From: Arcobacteraceae bacterium
GTDB lineage: Bacteria > Campylobacterota > Campylobacteria > Campylobacterales > Arcobacteraceae
DNA: 53,730 nucleotides
Direction of reading: 5' to 3'
NCBI GenBank assembly: GCA_048268245.1
Contig: JBLWVX010000016.1
Location: forward strand, 1-53,730
This document shows, piece by piece, positions 27,196 through 37,432 of this stretch (positions are counted from its first letter, which is position 1; every line of letters begins with the position of its first letter). The notes below the pieces were generated by a model. The model was not told the origin of the DNA. It did not search any database and saw nothing but the letters and a program-made list of their open reading frames with translations. Position numbers and translations under genes: made by a program.

Positions 27196-29235
27196 TTAAA
27201 CTAAATTTTCAGATGGTTCTCCTAAATAATAACCTTGGAATTCATTTACACCCATTTCAAGTACAGCCTCATATACTTCTTGACTATGAATAAACTCAGC
27301 AATTACTTTAATATTTAAAGCCTTAGAGAATTCAACAATTGACTTTACAATCTCATAAGAGTTTTTATCATCTGTTATGCTTTTTATTAAAGAACCATCA
27401 ATTTTTATATAATCTGGTCTCGTCTTTAAAATATGAGCAAAATTTGAATAACCTGTTCCAAAATCATCAATTGCTATTTTTATTCCTTGTGCTCTGTATT
27501 TTTTTATAAACTCATCTAAAAGTTCGTAATCAGAAATATAATCACACTCTAATAGCTCAAAAACTAATCTTTGTTTATGAATAGTATCAATATGGTTTAA
27601 ATAGTTATCTAACATCTCAATAAAATTTCTATCTTGAATATCTTTAAAACTCAAATTCAAACTTATTTGTTTATCACAGTTTTTTAAAATTTCAAAAGCC
27701 TTACCAAAAAGTTGATTTGCGAGATTTATATACTGTTTTGTTTTAATAGCAACATCTAAAAATTTATAAGGAAGGATATACTCTTCTTCATTATTTTTAT
27801 TTATATCTTTTATTCTCATTAGAGTTTCATATTTAACAATCTCTTTTTTATTATTACAAATAGGTTGAAAAAATGGAACTATATTATCAGTCTCAATTGC
27901 ATGCTTGATTTTATCTCGCCAGTATATAGCTTTTTTAATAATCTCTTTTGTATCAAATTCACTAGTATAAGAAACTGATTTGAGATTATTGCTTTTAGCC
28001 TTTTTTAAAGCAATTCCAGCAGTTTTTAAAGGTTCTGATTGTCCTAAAGAAATACCAATAGTAATATCAATAACAATCTCTAAATCTGTTTCTTCTATAT
28101 AGATTGGGTTTTCTTTAAATAAAACACTAAGACCAGTTATAAAATTTTGGAAGTTAACTGTATCAATCATGTTATTTTTTACAATTGCAAATTCATTTCC
28201 ATATATTCTATATGCAGTTGATTCATACTTAGTTGCAAAACTTTTTAATATTTTAGAGGTTTCAATCAATACTTGATTACCTACATTAAATCCATATAAT
28301 TCATTTATGTCATTAAATGAATCAATATCAATCACTACTATAGAAACAAACTCTTCTTCCTTAATGCTCTCTTCTAAAGAATATCTATTCTCTAAACCTG
28401 TCAATTCATCAAAATAAAGCTTTTCTTGAATCTCTTTTGTCTTAGCTTTTACTTGAACTTCCATCTCTTCTTTATTGTTTTGTATTTGATGAACCATGCT
28501 ATTAAACTGATTTGATAGAAAACCTATTTCATCATTTGCTTTTTTATTTGTATAAAGCTCTTTTAACTTTACATCTTTAAATTCGTTTAACATCTTATTT
28601 AAAGGAACAATAACCTTGATAGTAATAAATATCCCAATTATTGTTAGTACTGAAAAAAGAAGTAATGAAATATTTAGAAGTAATGAATTTATACCTGCTA
28701 GGAAGATTGAAAACTCTTCTTTGTATATAGAAGATACGATAAACCAATCATACTTTTTATTGTAGCTCATCCAAGAAATCTTTTCATAAGAATAGTTATT
28801 TGGATCATAAACTCTATTCCAGTTATATGTAAAAACTTTGTTCTTTGAGAAAGCTTCCATAGCCTTATCATACATAGATTTATTCTCATCAAACAATATA
28901 ACTTGTTTTAGATTATTTGAACTAAAATCAGATGAAGGGTTTACTATTAATTTACCAGTTTTATCAAAAATATAAACATACCCATTTTTACCTAAATTGA
29001 TAGTTCTTAATAAAAACTCTATATCACTTGTAAAGTTTTCTAAATTATTAGATTTTTTTGACTTCTCATTTATAGTTGATACAATTTTTTCAAATTTATC
29101 TTTAATTTGAATTTTTTGAGTGTTTGCAAGATATTCATTTATTTTAGGAGATAAGAAAAAAACCACAAAAAATAAATATGCAAGAAGTAGCAATATTAGC
29201 ATCCATGCCACTTTAAAAAATATTCTATTAGCCAT
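27196..29235 (-). CDS. Cache-HAMP-GGDEF(degenerate)-EAL protein, probable c-di-GMP phosphodiesterase
   Basis: TM-Cache (GYVYIFD)-TM-HAMP; DELTGL.NR with YGNEF in place of GGDEF; EAL domain with ETL, DDFGTGYS, IKIDG, QGY. Confidence 0.88.
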   Translation of the reverse strand: MANRIFFKVAWMLILLLLAYLFFVVFFLSPKINEYLANTQKIQIKDKFEKIVSTINEKSKKSNNLENFTSDIEFLLRTINLGKNGYVYIFDKTGKLIVNPSSDFSSNNLKQVILFDENKSMYDKAMEAFSKNKVFTYNWNRVYDPNNYSYEKISWMSYNKKYDWFIVSSIYKEEFSIFLAGINSLLLNISLLLFSVLTIIGIFITIKVIVPLNKMLNEFKDVKLKELYTNKKANDEIGFLSNQFNSMVHQIQNNKEEMEVQVKAKTKEIQEKLYFDELTGLENRYSLEESIKEEEFVSIVVIDIDSFNDINELYGFNVGNQVLIETSKILKSFATKYESTAYRIYGNEFAIVKNNMIDTVNFQNFITGLSVLFKENPIYIEETDLEIVIDITIGISLGQSEPLKTAGIALKKAKSNNLKSVSYTSEFDTKEIIKKAIYWRDKIKHAIETDNIVPFFQPICNNKKEIVKYETLMRIKDINKNNEEEYILPYKFLDVAIKTKQYINLANQLFGKAFEILKNCDKQISLNLSFKDIQDRNFIEMLDNYLNHIDTIHKQRLVFELLECDYISDYELLDEFIKKYRAQGIKIAIDDFGTGYSNFAHILKTRPDYIKIDGSLIKSITDDKNSYEIVKSIVEFSKALNIKVIAEFIHSQEVYEAVLEMGVNEFQGYYLGEPSENLV

Positions 29236-29305
29236 AACTTCCCTAATTATTTATAAGTTAAGGAAATTATATCTAAAGTTTTTTACATTTTAATAAAGGC
29301 TAAGC

Positions 29306-30112
29306 TTATTTGCTACTCGCTATTTTATCTGTATATTTTATATCTTGGTCTAAAAGATCTTCAAGTTGAACAAAATTCTTTTCCCAAAGCATCACAACTG
29401 TTGAACCCATTTTAAAATATCCCAAGCAATCAGCTTTATTTATTTCAATATTTTCGTATTCATATACTTTGATTTCTGATGTATCAATATTTGTTTCTAC
29501 CCTTGGTTCAAATTCAAATACCATTTGACCAACATTAAGTGCACCTACAAAAACCATATAGAAATTTTTTCCATTTGCTTCACACTCTAAAATTACTCTT
29601 TCATTTTGTACAAAAAGCTCTAACTCTTTATTTAAGTATTTTAAATTTACAGGATATAGTTTTCCTGGTACATGAATAAGTTTTTTTAACTCAAAATCAA
29701 AAGGGGAATGGTATCTATGATAATCTTTTGGAGATAAATAAAAGTTCATAAAATCTCCATCTTTTAACTTATCAAAGTTATCTTTACAGTAAAAAGTTAG
29801 TAAATCTTCATAAGAATATTCCATTCCTTTTATTTGTAAGGCTAAATCTCCTTGAATCTTTCCACACTGTGTTACTAAACTATCAGTTGGTGAAATAAAC
29901 TCATTTTGGGCACTTTTAACTTCTCTTGGTATTTCTAACTCTCTTGTAAATAAAGCATTTAAAGATTTGTAATGTTTTGGATGTTTAAACTCACTCATAT
30001 TTAAGCCTAAAAACTTAACATATCCTGCGTTAATCACACTTTGAATAGGTGATGGGAATTGAGTTTTTGCAAACTTTCCAAAGTACTGAGAAATTACATT
30101 TGTAATGTGCAT
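29306..30112 (-). CDS. psd: Phosphatidylserine decarboxylase
   Basis: FTR, SPTD, YLSPKDYHRYHSP, NER, GALNVG, self-cleavage motif FKMGST. Confidence 0.95.
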   Translation of the reverse strand: MHITNVISQYFGKFAKTQFPSPIQSVINAGYVKFLGLNMSEFKHPKHYKSLNALFTRELEIPREVKSAQNEFISPTDSLVTQCGKIQGDLALQIKGMEYSYEDLLTFYCKDNFDKLKDGDFMNFYLSPKDYHRYHSPFDFELKKLIHVPGKLYPVNLKYLNKELELFVQNERVILECEANGKNFYMVFVGALNVGQMVFEFEPRVETNIDTSEIKVYEYENIEINKADCLGYFKMGSTVVMLWEKNFVQLEDLLDQDIKYTDKIASSK

Positions 30113-30275
30113 GATTTTCCTTTTGTAAATTAATAGGCGAATTTTATCAAGATTTACTTCTTAAACTGCTTTAATTAAGTATAATTAGTTAATGAAACTA
30201 TTATTAGATAAACTTTTTCTTTGAAAAGTTTTGATAAAGTTTCATTTCACTTAACAAATATTAAGGATTATATTA

Positions 30276-30515
30276 ATGTACAAAATTATAGTAGCCAATC
30301 AATGTGGTTGCTTTAAAAGAAGCGATTTACAAAATAATTTAACTTTTCCATCGAAAGATGAAGCTCTTTTAAAAGCAATAGAAATGAAAAATCATATGAA
30401 TGAGAAATTCTGTAATAAACATGAATTTGAAGTTCAAGAGATGTACAATAACTTTGTAATCTCATTTTACAGTGATGCAAGAGATAATTGCTGTGGAAAT
30501 GGATGTTGTTCGTAA
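30276..30515 (+). CDS. Small Cys-rich hypothetical protein
   Basis: AAGGA RBS; CGC, FCNKH and terminal CCGNGCCS. Confidence 0.75.
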   Translation: MYKIIVANQCGCFKRSDLQNNLTFPSKDEALLKAIEMKNHMNEKFCNKHEFEVQEMYNNFVISFYSDARDNCCGNGCCS

Positions 30516-30524
30516 GAGCAACAT

Positions 30525-31595
30525 CTATATCTTAGGAACTAAAATAAAAAGTCTTCCTTTCTCTTTCATAAGTCCTGCTAGCTCCTCAGCACTATTACCA
30601 TAACCAAAGAAAAAATCAGCCCTAATTTCACCTTTTATAGCACCACCTGTATCAGCAGCAACAACTAATCTATTTATAGGTTCTTTAGTTTTTGGATTTT
30701 TTGTTTGAATAAATACTGGCATTCCTAAAGGAATATGTCTTTTATCAACTGCAATATTTCTTTTTGCTAGAAGTGGAACCCCTAAGCTTCCTGTTGCTGT
30801 TTGCTCTTTTTTTGTAAAAAATATATAGCTTGGATTTGAGTTTAAAATCTCATCTATTTTATTTGGATTTTCATCTAAAAACTTTTTTATTGTTTGTAAA
30901 GATATATTTTCTTTTTCTAAGTAACCTTTTTCAAGCATAGTCTTACCAATAGCCACATATTTTCTTCCATTTTGATTTGCATAACCTATATTTAAAATTT
31001 CACCATTTTCTAATTGAACTCTTCCTGAACCTTGAATATGTAAGAAAAATAAATCAACTTTATTATCTACATAAACTATTGGCTCTAAATCATCTCTTTT
31101 CTCAATCTCTTCTCTTGAATCATAAGGATATAGAAGTCCATCTTTTACTTTTGCTTTATATTTAAATCTCTTAAAATTCATATACTTTTGATTATCTTTT
31201 AATGTGACTAAATCTTTTGGCGTTTTATAAATTGGATATTTGTATTTTTCACTTTTTTCTAAACTACCATAAAGTAATGGTTCATAATATCCTGTAATTA
31301 ATCCTATATCACCTTTATTTGAAACTAATATCCTGGGAGTAAAGTACTTTGTAAAAAACTCTTTACCATTTTCATAATATAAAGAGTTTTCACATACATT
31401 TTTAAATATCTCTTTTTTTGATGCATTTATACAAGCTTTTTTAAAAACTACTAATGCTTCATCTAAATCATCATCAAAAAACCCATGCATATAATCATAA
31501 GTTGACTGTTTTAAAGTAGCAGTTATTTTTTCCTGCTTTGAAGAACAACCTGTAAATATAAAAATAAAAGCTGTGATTAATACAATATATTTCAT
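30525..31595 (-). CDS. mltA: Membrane-bound lytic murein transglycosylase A (lipoprotein)
   Basis: Lipobox FTGC if started at ATG 31595; TGYYEP, QGSG, NPSYIFF, AVD, DTGGAIKG..RADFFFG. Confidence 0.93.
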   Translation of the reverse strand: MKYIVLITAFIFIFTGCSSKQEKITATLKQSTYDYMHGFFDDDLDEALVVFKKACINASKKEIFKNVCENSLYYENGKEFFTKYFTPRILVSNKGDIGLITGYYEPLLYGSLEKSEKYKYPIYKTPKDLVTLKDNQKYMNFKRFKYKAKVKDGLLYPYDSREEIEKRDDLEPIVYVDNKVDLFFLHIQGSGRVQLENGEILNIGYANQNGRKYVAIGKTMLEKGYLEKENISLQTIKKFLDENPNKIDEILNSNPSYIFFTKKEQTATGSLGVPLLAKRNIAVDKRHIPLGMPVFIQTKNPKTKEPINRLVVAADTGGAIKGEIRADFFFGYGNSAEELAGLMKEKGRLFILVPKI

Positions 31596-31659
31596 TATAT
31601 ACCTATATTTTTTATTTGTTTTTGATTCTAACATTTTTGTGTTTTTATTTTATTTATTT

Positions 31660-32288
31660 TTATAAAACAAGCCATAAAAACCACAAAACAATAGTTATAC
31701 CAATTGCAGCTATTAACGCTGGCATTGAATTATCAAGATTACTAATTGAACCTGCATAAGTTATCACACTTAAATAAAGAATTGTTCCTATACTCCATGC
31801 AATAAAAAACTTTTTAAAAGACATTTTACAAGTCTCTGCCAAACAAAAAGAGATTTCAGGAAGTAAAGAAACAGCCCTTGATAAAACAATAACTAAAACT
31901 CCATGGTTATTAAACAACTCTTTGATTTCAAGTTTTTGTGTTTCATTTGATGAAAGTTTATCTAAAACCTTCTCTCCATATTTTTTGATAAAAAATATCC
32001 CGTAAAAAAAATCACAAAAAAGACCAATAAAAGTATAAAATACAGCAAGTTCAAAACTATGAAATACCCTGCTAGAATAATAACAGTCATTATAGGAACT
32101 CCAATAAATAAATCAATAAATAAAAGTAAAACAATCAATAAACCTAAAATATAAGAGGGTTGAGATTTTAAATTTACAAATATTTCTTTTATATCTTCAA
32201 CAGTTAATAAACTGCTAAACTTTATAATAAGTAACATACTAGTAAAAATAACAAATAGAATTAGTACTGATTTAATTAACAGTTTCAT
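31660..32288 (-). pseudogene. Frameshifted DedA/VTT (TVP38)-family membrane protein
   Basis: Two ORF-track fragments join into one DedA-like protein (DLFIGVP...AGYF...GYFLSKKYG...LSRAV.LLPE) with about three single-base shifts near 32057, 32004-32011 and 31981-31986. Confidence 0.75.
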
Positions 32289-32351
32289 TTTATAATCTTT
32301 ATTTTTTTGTGATTATAAACATAAAAGGTTAATGGTTTGTAATAAAAGTTT

Positions 32352-32633
32352 TTAAGCTTGAGAATAAACCTCTTTTAATCCACACTCTTTACATTTATAC
32401 TCTATATCATTTACGCCAGAGCATCCTCCGCTTTTAAGTATTCTAGCACTAATTGCTTCCGATTTGAATGTAGTTTTTGTATTTTCATCATAAAAAGTTT
32501 TTGTACTTGCTTTGCAATCTGGACAAATACCTTGTTTTAGCTTATCAACACGAGAGTGCTTATTTTTGAAGTATAGTAAAACTGAGAATATTACTATTAA
32601 AAAGACTAATAGTAGAAAGATTAAAGTTTGCAT
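32352..32633 (-). CDS. Membrane-anchored Zn-ribbon-like hypothetical protein
   Basis: N-terminal TM, CPDC...CKECG; 10 bp downstream of dnaK, same strand. Confidence 0.7.
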   Translation of the reverse strand: MQTLIFLLLVFLIVIFSVLLYFKNKHSRVDKLKQGICPDCKASTKTFYDENTKTTFKSEAISARILKSGGCSGVNDIEYKCKECGLKEVYSQA

Positions 32634-32643
32634 GAAGTAGAGA

Positions 32644-34536
32644 TTACTCTACTTCTGCATCGATAACATCGTCATCGTCTTTTTTAGCTTTTTGGTTTGG
32701 TTGTGCACCTTGTGCTCCACCTGCTTGTTGCTCTTTAGCATACATAGCTTCAGCTAATTTGTGAGAAGCTTCAGTTAAAGCTTTTACTTTTTCCTCAATT
32801 TGCTCTTTTGTTGCATTTTCATCTTTTAGAACTTCTTCTAATTCAGCTGCTGCATCAATAATTTTCTTTTTCTCTTCTTCAGAAACAGCACTTTCGTTCT
32901 CTTCTAAAGTTTTCTTAGTTGAGTGAAGTAAAGCATCAGCTTGGTTTCTAACTTCAATTACTTCTTTTCTTTTCTCATCAGCTTCTTTATTTGCTTCTGC
33001 TTCGTTTACCATTTTTTCAATTTCTTCATCAGATAATCCAGATGAACCAGAAATAGTAATTTTATTCTCTTTACCAGTTCCTTTATCTTTAGCAGATACA
33101 TTTAAAACACCATTTGCATCAATATCAAATGTTACTTCAATTTGAGGAACACCTCTTGGAGCTGCTGGGATATCAGATAATTCGAACATACCTAAAGATT
33201 TGTTATCTTTAGCGAACTCTCTTTCACCTTGACCAACATGAATTGATACTGCTGGTTGATTATCTTCAGCAGTAGAGAATACTTGAGATTTTTTAACAGG
33301 GATAGTTGTACCTTTTTCAATTAACTTAGTCATAACTCCACCTAAAGTCTCAATACCTAAAGATAATGGTGTTACGTCTAATAATAATACATCTTTAACA
33401 TCACCTTTTAATACACCAGCTTGAACAGCAGCACCAGCAGCAACTACTTCATCAGGGTTAACACCTTTATTTAAATCTTTTCCAAAGTACTCTTTAACTA
33501 CTTGGTTAGCTTTTGGTAATCTAGTAGATCCACCAACCATAATTACTTCTTCAATTTCATTTTTATCTAATCCAGCATCATCAAGTGCTACTTTGATATG
33601 ATCTAAAGTTTCATTGATTAAGTGCTCAGTCATAGACTCAAATTTAGCTCTTGTTAAAGATTTAACTAAGTGAACTGGTCCTGCATTACCCATAGAGATA
33701 AATGGTAAGTTAATTTCTGTTGAATCAGCAGAAGATAACTCTTTCTTAGCATTTTCAGCTGCATCTTTTAATCTTTGTAATGCCATTTTGTCATTTTTAA
33801 TATCAAAACCATTTTCAGCTTCAAATTCACTTGCTAACCAATCAATAATCGCATTATCAAAGTCATCTCCACCTAAGAAAGCATTACCATCAGTTGATAA
33901 TACTTCAAAAGTACCATCACCAATTTCTAATACAGTAACGTCAAAAGTACCACCACCTAAATCATATACTAATACTTTTTCTTCACCTTTTTTATCTAAA
34001 CCATAAGCTAATGAAGCAGCTGTTGGCTCATTGATAATTCTTAATACATTTAAACCAGCAATAGTACCAGCTTCTTGTGTTGCTTTTCTTTGTGCATCAT
34101 TGAAGTATGCAGGAACTGTAATAACTGCATCAGTTACAGGTGCCCCTAAATATTCTTCTGCATCAGCTTTTAATTTTCCTAAAATTTTTGCAGAAATTTC
34201 TTGTGGAGTATATACTTTATCAGCAATTTCAACAGCTGCTGCACCATTTCTATCAACGATTTTATATCCAACTTTTGATTGTGCTTCTTTAGCATTTTCT
34301 TCATCCATCATAAGACCCATAATTCTTTTAATAGAATAAATAGTTTTTTCAGGATTTGTAATAGCTTGTCTTTTTGCTGGATCACCAACTAATACTTCAC
34401 CTTTGTCAGTGAATGCAACAATTGATGGAGTAGTGTTTTTACCCTCTTTATTAGAGATAACTTTTGCTTCTCCATTTTCATAAACTGCCATACAAGAGTT
34501 TGTTGTACCTAAGTCAATTCCAATTACTTTACTCAT
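32644..34536 (-). CDS. dnaK: Chaperone DnaK
   Basis: [26 protein letters not shown]-terminal DAEVE. Confidence 0.99.
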   Translation of the reverse strand: MSKVIGIDLGTTNSCMAVYENGEAKVISNKEGKNTTPSIVAFTDKGEVLVGDPAKRQAITNPEKTIYSIKRIMGLMMDEENAKEAQSKVGYKIVDRNGAAAVEIADKVYTPQEISAKILGKLKADAEEYLGAPVTDAVITVPAYFNDAQRKATQEAGTIAGLNVLRIINEPTAASLAYGLDKKGEEKVLVYDLGGGTFDVTVLEIGDGTFEVLSTDGNAFLGGDDFDNAIIDWLASEFEAENGFDIKNDKMALQRLKDAAENAKKELSSADSTEINLPFISMGNAGPVHLVKSLTRAKFESMTEHLINETLDHIKVALDDAGLDKNEIEEVIMVGGSTRLPKANQVVKEYFGKDLNKGVNPDEVVAAGAAVQAGVLKGDVKDVLLLDVTPLSLGIETLGGVMTKLIEKGTTIPVKKSQVFSTAEDNQPAVSIHVGQGEREFAKDNKSLGMFELSDIPAAPRGVPQIEVTFDIDANGVLNVSAKDKGTGKENKITISGSSGLSDEEIEKMVNEAEANKEADEKRKEVIEVRNQADALLHSTKKTLEENESAVSEEEKKKIIDAAAELEEVLKDENATKEQIEEKVKALTEASHKLAEAMYAKEQQAGGAQGAQPNQKAKKDDDDVIDAEVE

Positions 34537-34624
34537 TTTTTTTCCTTATCAAATTTTTATTTTTGTTTTCAAATATACATTTTAAAATCTATTAGTTTTA
34601 TGACATTCCGGTCATAGTTTTCCT

Positions 34625-34747
34625 GAAATAGCATATTTTAGGCTAGTTCAAGGCAGACAAGAAATCTAAAGGAGGAGCTTACTTCAAGTAAGTGAGTCTT
34701 TTAGATTTCGTAGTCGAACGCAGAAATAGTCAAAATATGTCTATTTC
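34625..34747. repeat. ERIC-like palindromic intergenic element
   Basis: ~123-bp nested inverted repeat with core GGAGCTTAC-TTC-AAGTAAGTGA flanked by AAGGC and AACGCAG, as in the ERIC consensus. Confidence 0.75.
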
Positions 34748-35307
34748 TTACAGATACTTACCATCGCTGGTCTTAGCAATCTTTCTTTTAATTTATAACC
34801 TTTTTGAAGCTGTTGAACTATTTGTCCATCTTCATGATCAGGGCTATCAATTTGCATTACTGCATCATGGAAGTTTGGATCAAACTCACCATCTGTTTCT
34901 ACTACTGAAATATCATGTTTTTCAAATGCTGTATAGAAGTTTTTGATTGTTAATTCAACACCTTCTTTTAACTTTCCAAGTAACTCTTCAGCTGGCATAT
35001 CTTTACCTGCTTCCTCAGCAGCTAAAGCCATTTCTAAAGTATCAATTGGAGCTAATAAATCTTTTGCAAACTTCTCACTTGCATAATCAATAGCTGCATA
35101 TTTTTCTCTCTCAAGTCTTTTCTTGATATTTTCAAAATCTGCATGTACTCTTAAGTACTTGTCTTCTGATTCTTTTAACATAGCTTCTAATTGAGCTATT
35201 TTTTCTTCAGAACTTAACTCTTTTTCTTCACATGACTCTTCACAAGTCTCTTGAGTTTCTTGCTCAGTAACTTCTTCGTTTACAACTTCGTCTTTTTTTT
35301 CACTCAA
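34741..35307 (-). CDS. grpE: Nucleotide exchange factor GrpE
   Basis: [26 protein letters not shown]...[11 protein letters not shown] start with AGGAG RBS. Confidence 0.97.
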   Translation of the reverse strand: MSEKKDEVVNEEVTEQETQETCEESCEEKELSSEEKIAQLEAMLKESEDKYLRVHADFENIKKRLEREKYAAIDYASEKFAKDLLAPIDTLEMALAAEEAGKDMPAEELLGKLKEGVELTIKNFYTAFEKHDISVVETDGEFDPNFHDAVMQIDSPDHEDGQIVQQLQKGYKLKERLLRPAMVSICKK

Positions 35308-35322
35308 TTTTTTCTCCTATTA

Positions 35323-36114
35323 TTAAAAGCTTCTAATTTTTTCATAAAAGAACTCATAATCTTTTGCAAGCTCTCCAATTACTAATATTTTTGCATCATT
35401 TCCTTCGATGCTACAACTATGGCATATTCCCATATAATCTTGAGGTAAAAGATTTTCAAAATAAAGTCCTTCTTCTACTTTATTTAAAATCTCACCTTTT
35501 AAAAAACTATCAATTGTTATTTCATCAAAGTTATAGCTTAATGCCAAGTTTAAAAACTCTTTGTAATTGAAAACCTCAAAGTTAGAGTTTTGCAATGTAT
35601 AAATAATTACATTATATACTTCATATGCGCCTACATCTTTTGAGATTTTTAAAATATCTTTTAATGATAAGCTTATCATATCACTTAAAAATCTATAAAG
35701 TGCATTAGAATATTTTACATTTATTGCAAATGAAGTAAACTCTAATATCATATATTTATCTTCAACATTAATTATGTTTTGCAGTAAATCAGAGTCCTCT
35801 TTTTTTAAGAATACTGTAACTCCTACTTGAGATGCATAATATTGTAAAGCTTTTAAGTTAATCTCATTTAATTTAAAATTTAACTTACCTTTCCAATATT
35901 GTTTTAAAGCTTCAATAGTTGGTGTTCTACCACTACTGATATGCTCTTGAGCTAAAAAACCTTCATCTCCTAACTTTTTAAAGTATCCTCTAATAGTTGC
36001 AGGAGAATAAGTAATATCATACATTGATTTTAGCTGTGTAGAACCTATTGGCTCTAAATGCTCAATATATGCTTTTATAATAGACTGTAATAAAAACTCT
36101 TTTTTATCAATCAT
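35323..36114 (-). CDS. hrcA: Heat-inducible transcription repressor HrcA (short Campylobacterota type)
   Basis: YI...EPIGS..L, SPATIR, QEHISSGRTPT; first gene of hrcA-grpE-dnaK. Confidence 0.92.
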   Translation of the reverse strand: MIDKKEFLLQSIIKAYIEHLEPIGSTQLKSMYDITYSPATIRGYFKKLGDEGFLAQEHISSGRTPTIEALKQYWKGKLNFKLNEINLKALQYYASQVGVTVFLKKEDSDLLQNIINVEDKYMILEFTSFAINVKYSNALYRFLSDMISLSLKDILKISKDVGAYEVYNVIIYTLQNSNFEVFNYKEFLNLALSYNFDEITIDSFLKGEILNKVEEGLYFENLLPQDYMGICHSCSIEGNDAKILVIGELAKDYEFFYEKIRSF

Positions 36115-36137
36115 ATCTCTTTACCATTTTTTGATTT

Positions 36138-36164
36138 TTAGCACTCGTTCTCTCAAACTGCTAA
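36138..36164. promoter_or_regulatory. CIRCE operator (HrcA site)
   Basis: TTAGCACTC-N9-AACTGCTAA versus consensus TTAGCACTC-N9-GAGTGCTAA (2 mismatches), just downstream of the -10. Confidence 0.88.
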
Positions 36165-36167
36165 AGA

Positions 36168-36197
36168 ATTATAACTTATTGAGTGCACCTTTGTCAA
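36168..36197 (-). promoter_or_regulatory. Sigma70 promoter of hrcA-grpE-dnaK
   Basis: Minus strand TTGACA (36197-36192), 18-nt spacer, TATAAT (36173-36168). Confidence 0.85.
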
Positions 36198-36198
36198 G
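36178..36198. promoter_or_regulatory. HAIR-like operator (putative HspR site)
   Basis: ATTGAGT-N7-TGTCAAG versus consensus CTTGAGT-N7-ACTCAAG (3 mismatches), overlapping the -35. Confidence 0.6.
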
Positions 36199-36472
36199 TG
36201 GTATTTAAAATAAATTTAGAAATTTCTAGAAAATATACAATCTACTATATTTGTATAAATTTTATGATAGGACACTTTTTATACACAATAGTAAGCATTT
36301 TTAAGAATAGTTTCAATTTTTATATGATAAATTTAACATTAATTGTAATTTATATGCAATTTTTGCGCGATTAAATGTAATTGGTACCACTTGATTATTT
36401 TGTTATATGTGATATAATTATTGTGTGTACTTAAAATACATCTAATTTACATAAAAAATCAAAGGAGAAGAA

Positions 36473-37420
36473 ATGAAAAAAATTGCTACAGCTGCTTTAT
36501 TAGGAGCACTTACGATTCCAGCATTCGCTGCTGAATTTATTACTATTGGTACTGGTGGAGTAACTGGAACTTACTATCCAACAGGTGGTGCTGTTTGTAG
36601 ATTAGTTAATAAATATAAAAAAGAGACTAAAATAAGATGTTCTGTTGAATCAACTGGTGGTTCTGTTTACAATATTAATACTATTAAAAATGGTGAGTTA
36701 GACTTTGGTATTGCTCAATCAGATGTTGTTTATCAAGCAGCACAAGGAACTAAAAAATTTGATGGAAAACCTGTTAAAAAATTAAGATCTGTTATGGCTA
36801 TTTACCCTGAATTATTTACATTAGTAACTAGAAAAGATGCTAATATCAATGGTATCATGGATGTAAAAGGTAAAAGAATTAACTTAGGAAACCCAGGATC
36901 AGGTAATGAAGCTACAGCTTTAGCACTATTTAAAGCAGTAGGAATTAAAAAAGATGATTTAGCATTTGCAGGTGCTTTAAAAGCAGCAGAAATGCCAGAT
37001 GCATTAAGAGATAACAAAATTGATGGTTACTTCTACATGGTAGGACACCCAACTGCAAATATTAAAGATGCTTCAAACTCTGTTGATGTAAAAATTACTC
37101 CAATTGTTGGAGATAAAGTTGATGCATTAGTTAAAGCAAACCCATATTTTGCACAAGCTGACGTTCCAGGTGGAATTTACAAAGGAAACCCAGAAGGTAC
37201 TCCAACATTTGGTGTTAAAGCTGTATTAGTTTCTAGTACTGATGTAAGTGATAAAGCAGTATATACAGTAGTTAAAGCTATTTTAGAAAACTTTGAGACA
37301 TTCAAAAAATTACACCCAGCATATGCTAATATTACTAAAGAGTCATTATTAGACGGTCTTTCTGCTCCAATGCATGAAGGTGCTAAAAAATACTTCAAAG
37401 AAGCAGGAATTTTAAAATAA
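36473..37420 (+). CDS. TAXI-family TRAP transporter solute-binding subunit
   Basis: Signal peptide; ITIGTGGVTGTYYP.GG, STGGSV.N, AQSD, G.PGSG, HEGAKKYFKE. Confidence 0.93.
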   Translation: MKKIATAALLGALTIPAFAAEFITIGTGGVTGTYYPTGGAVCRLVNKYKKETKIRCSVESTGGSVYNINTIKNGELDFGIAQSDVVYQAAQGTKKFDGKPVKKLRSVMAIYPELFTLVTRKDANINGIMDVKGKRINLGNPGSGNEATALALFKAVGIKKDDLAFAGALKAAEMPDALRDNKIDGYFYMVGHPTANIKDASNSVDVKITPIVGDKVDALVKANPYFAQADVPGGIYKGNPEGTPTFGVKAVLVSSTDVSDKAVYTVVKAILENFETFKKLHPAYANITKESLLDGLSAPMHEGAKKYFKEAGILK

Positions 37421-37432
37421 TTGTTTCTTTCT

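Noticed and set aside
34692..34946. 84-aa + strand ORF starting in the ERIC-like element after GGAGGAG
   Set aside because: Mostly antisense to grpE; the SD-like sequence is part of the repeat core.
36183..36374. 63-aa ORF between hrcA and the TAXI gene
   Set aside because: Overlaps promoter and operator DNA, has no RBS, and has low-complexity AT-driven composition.
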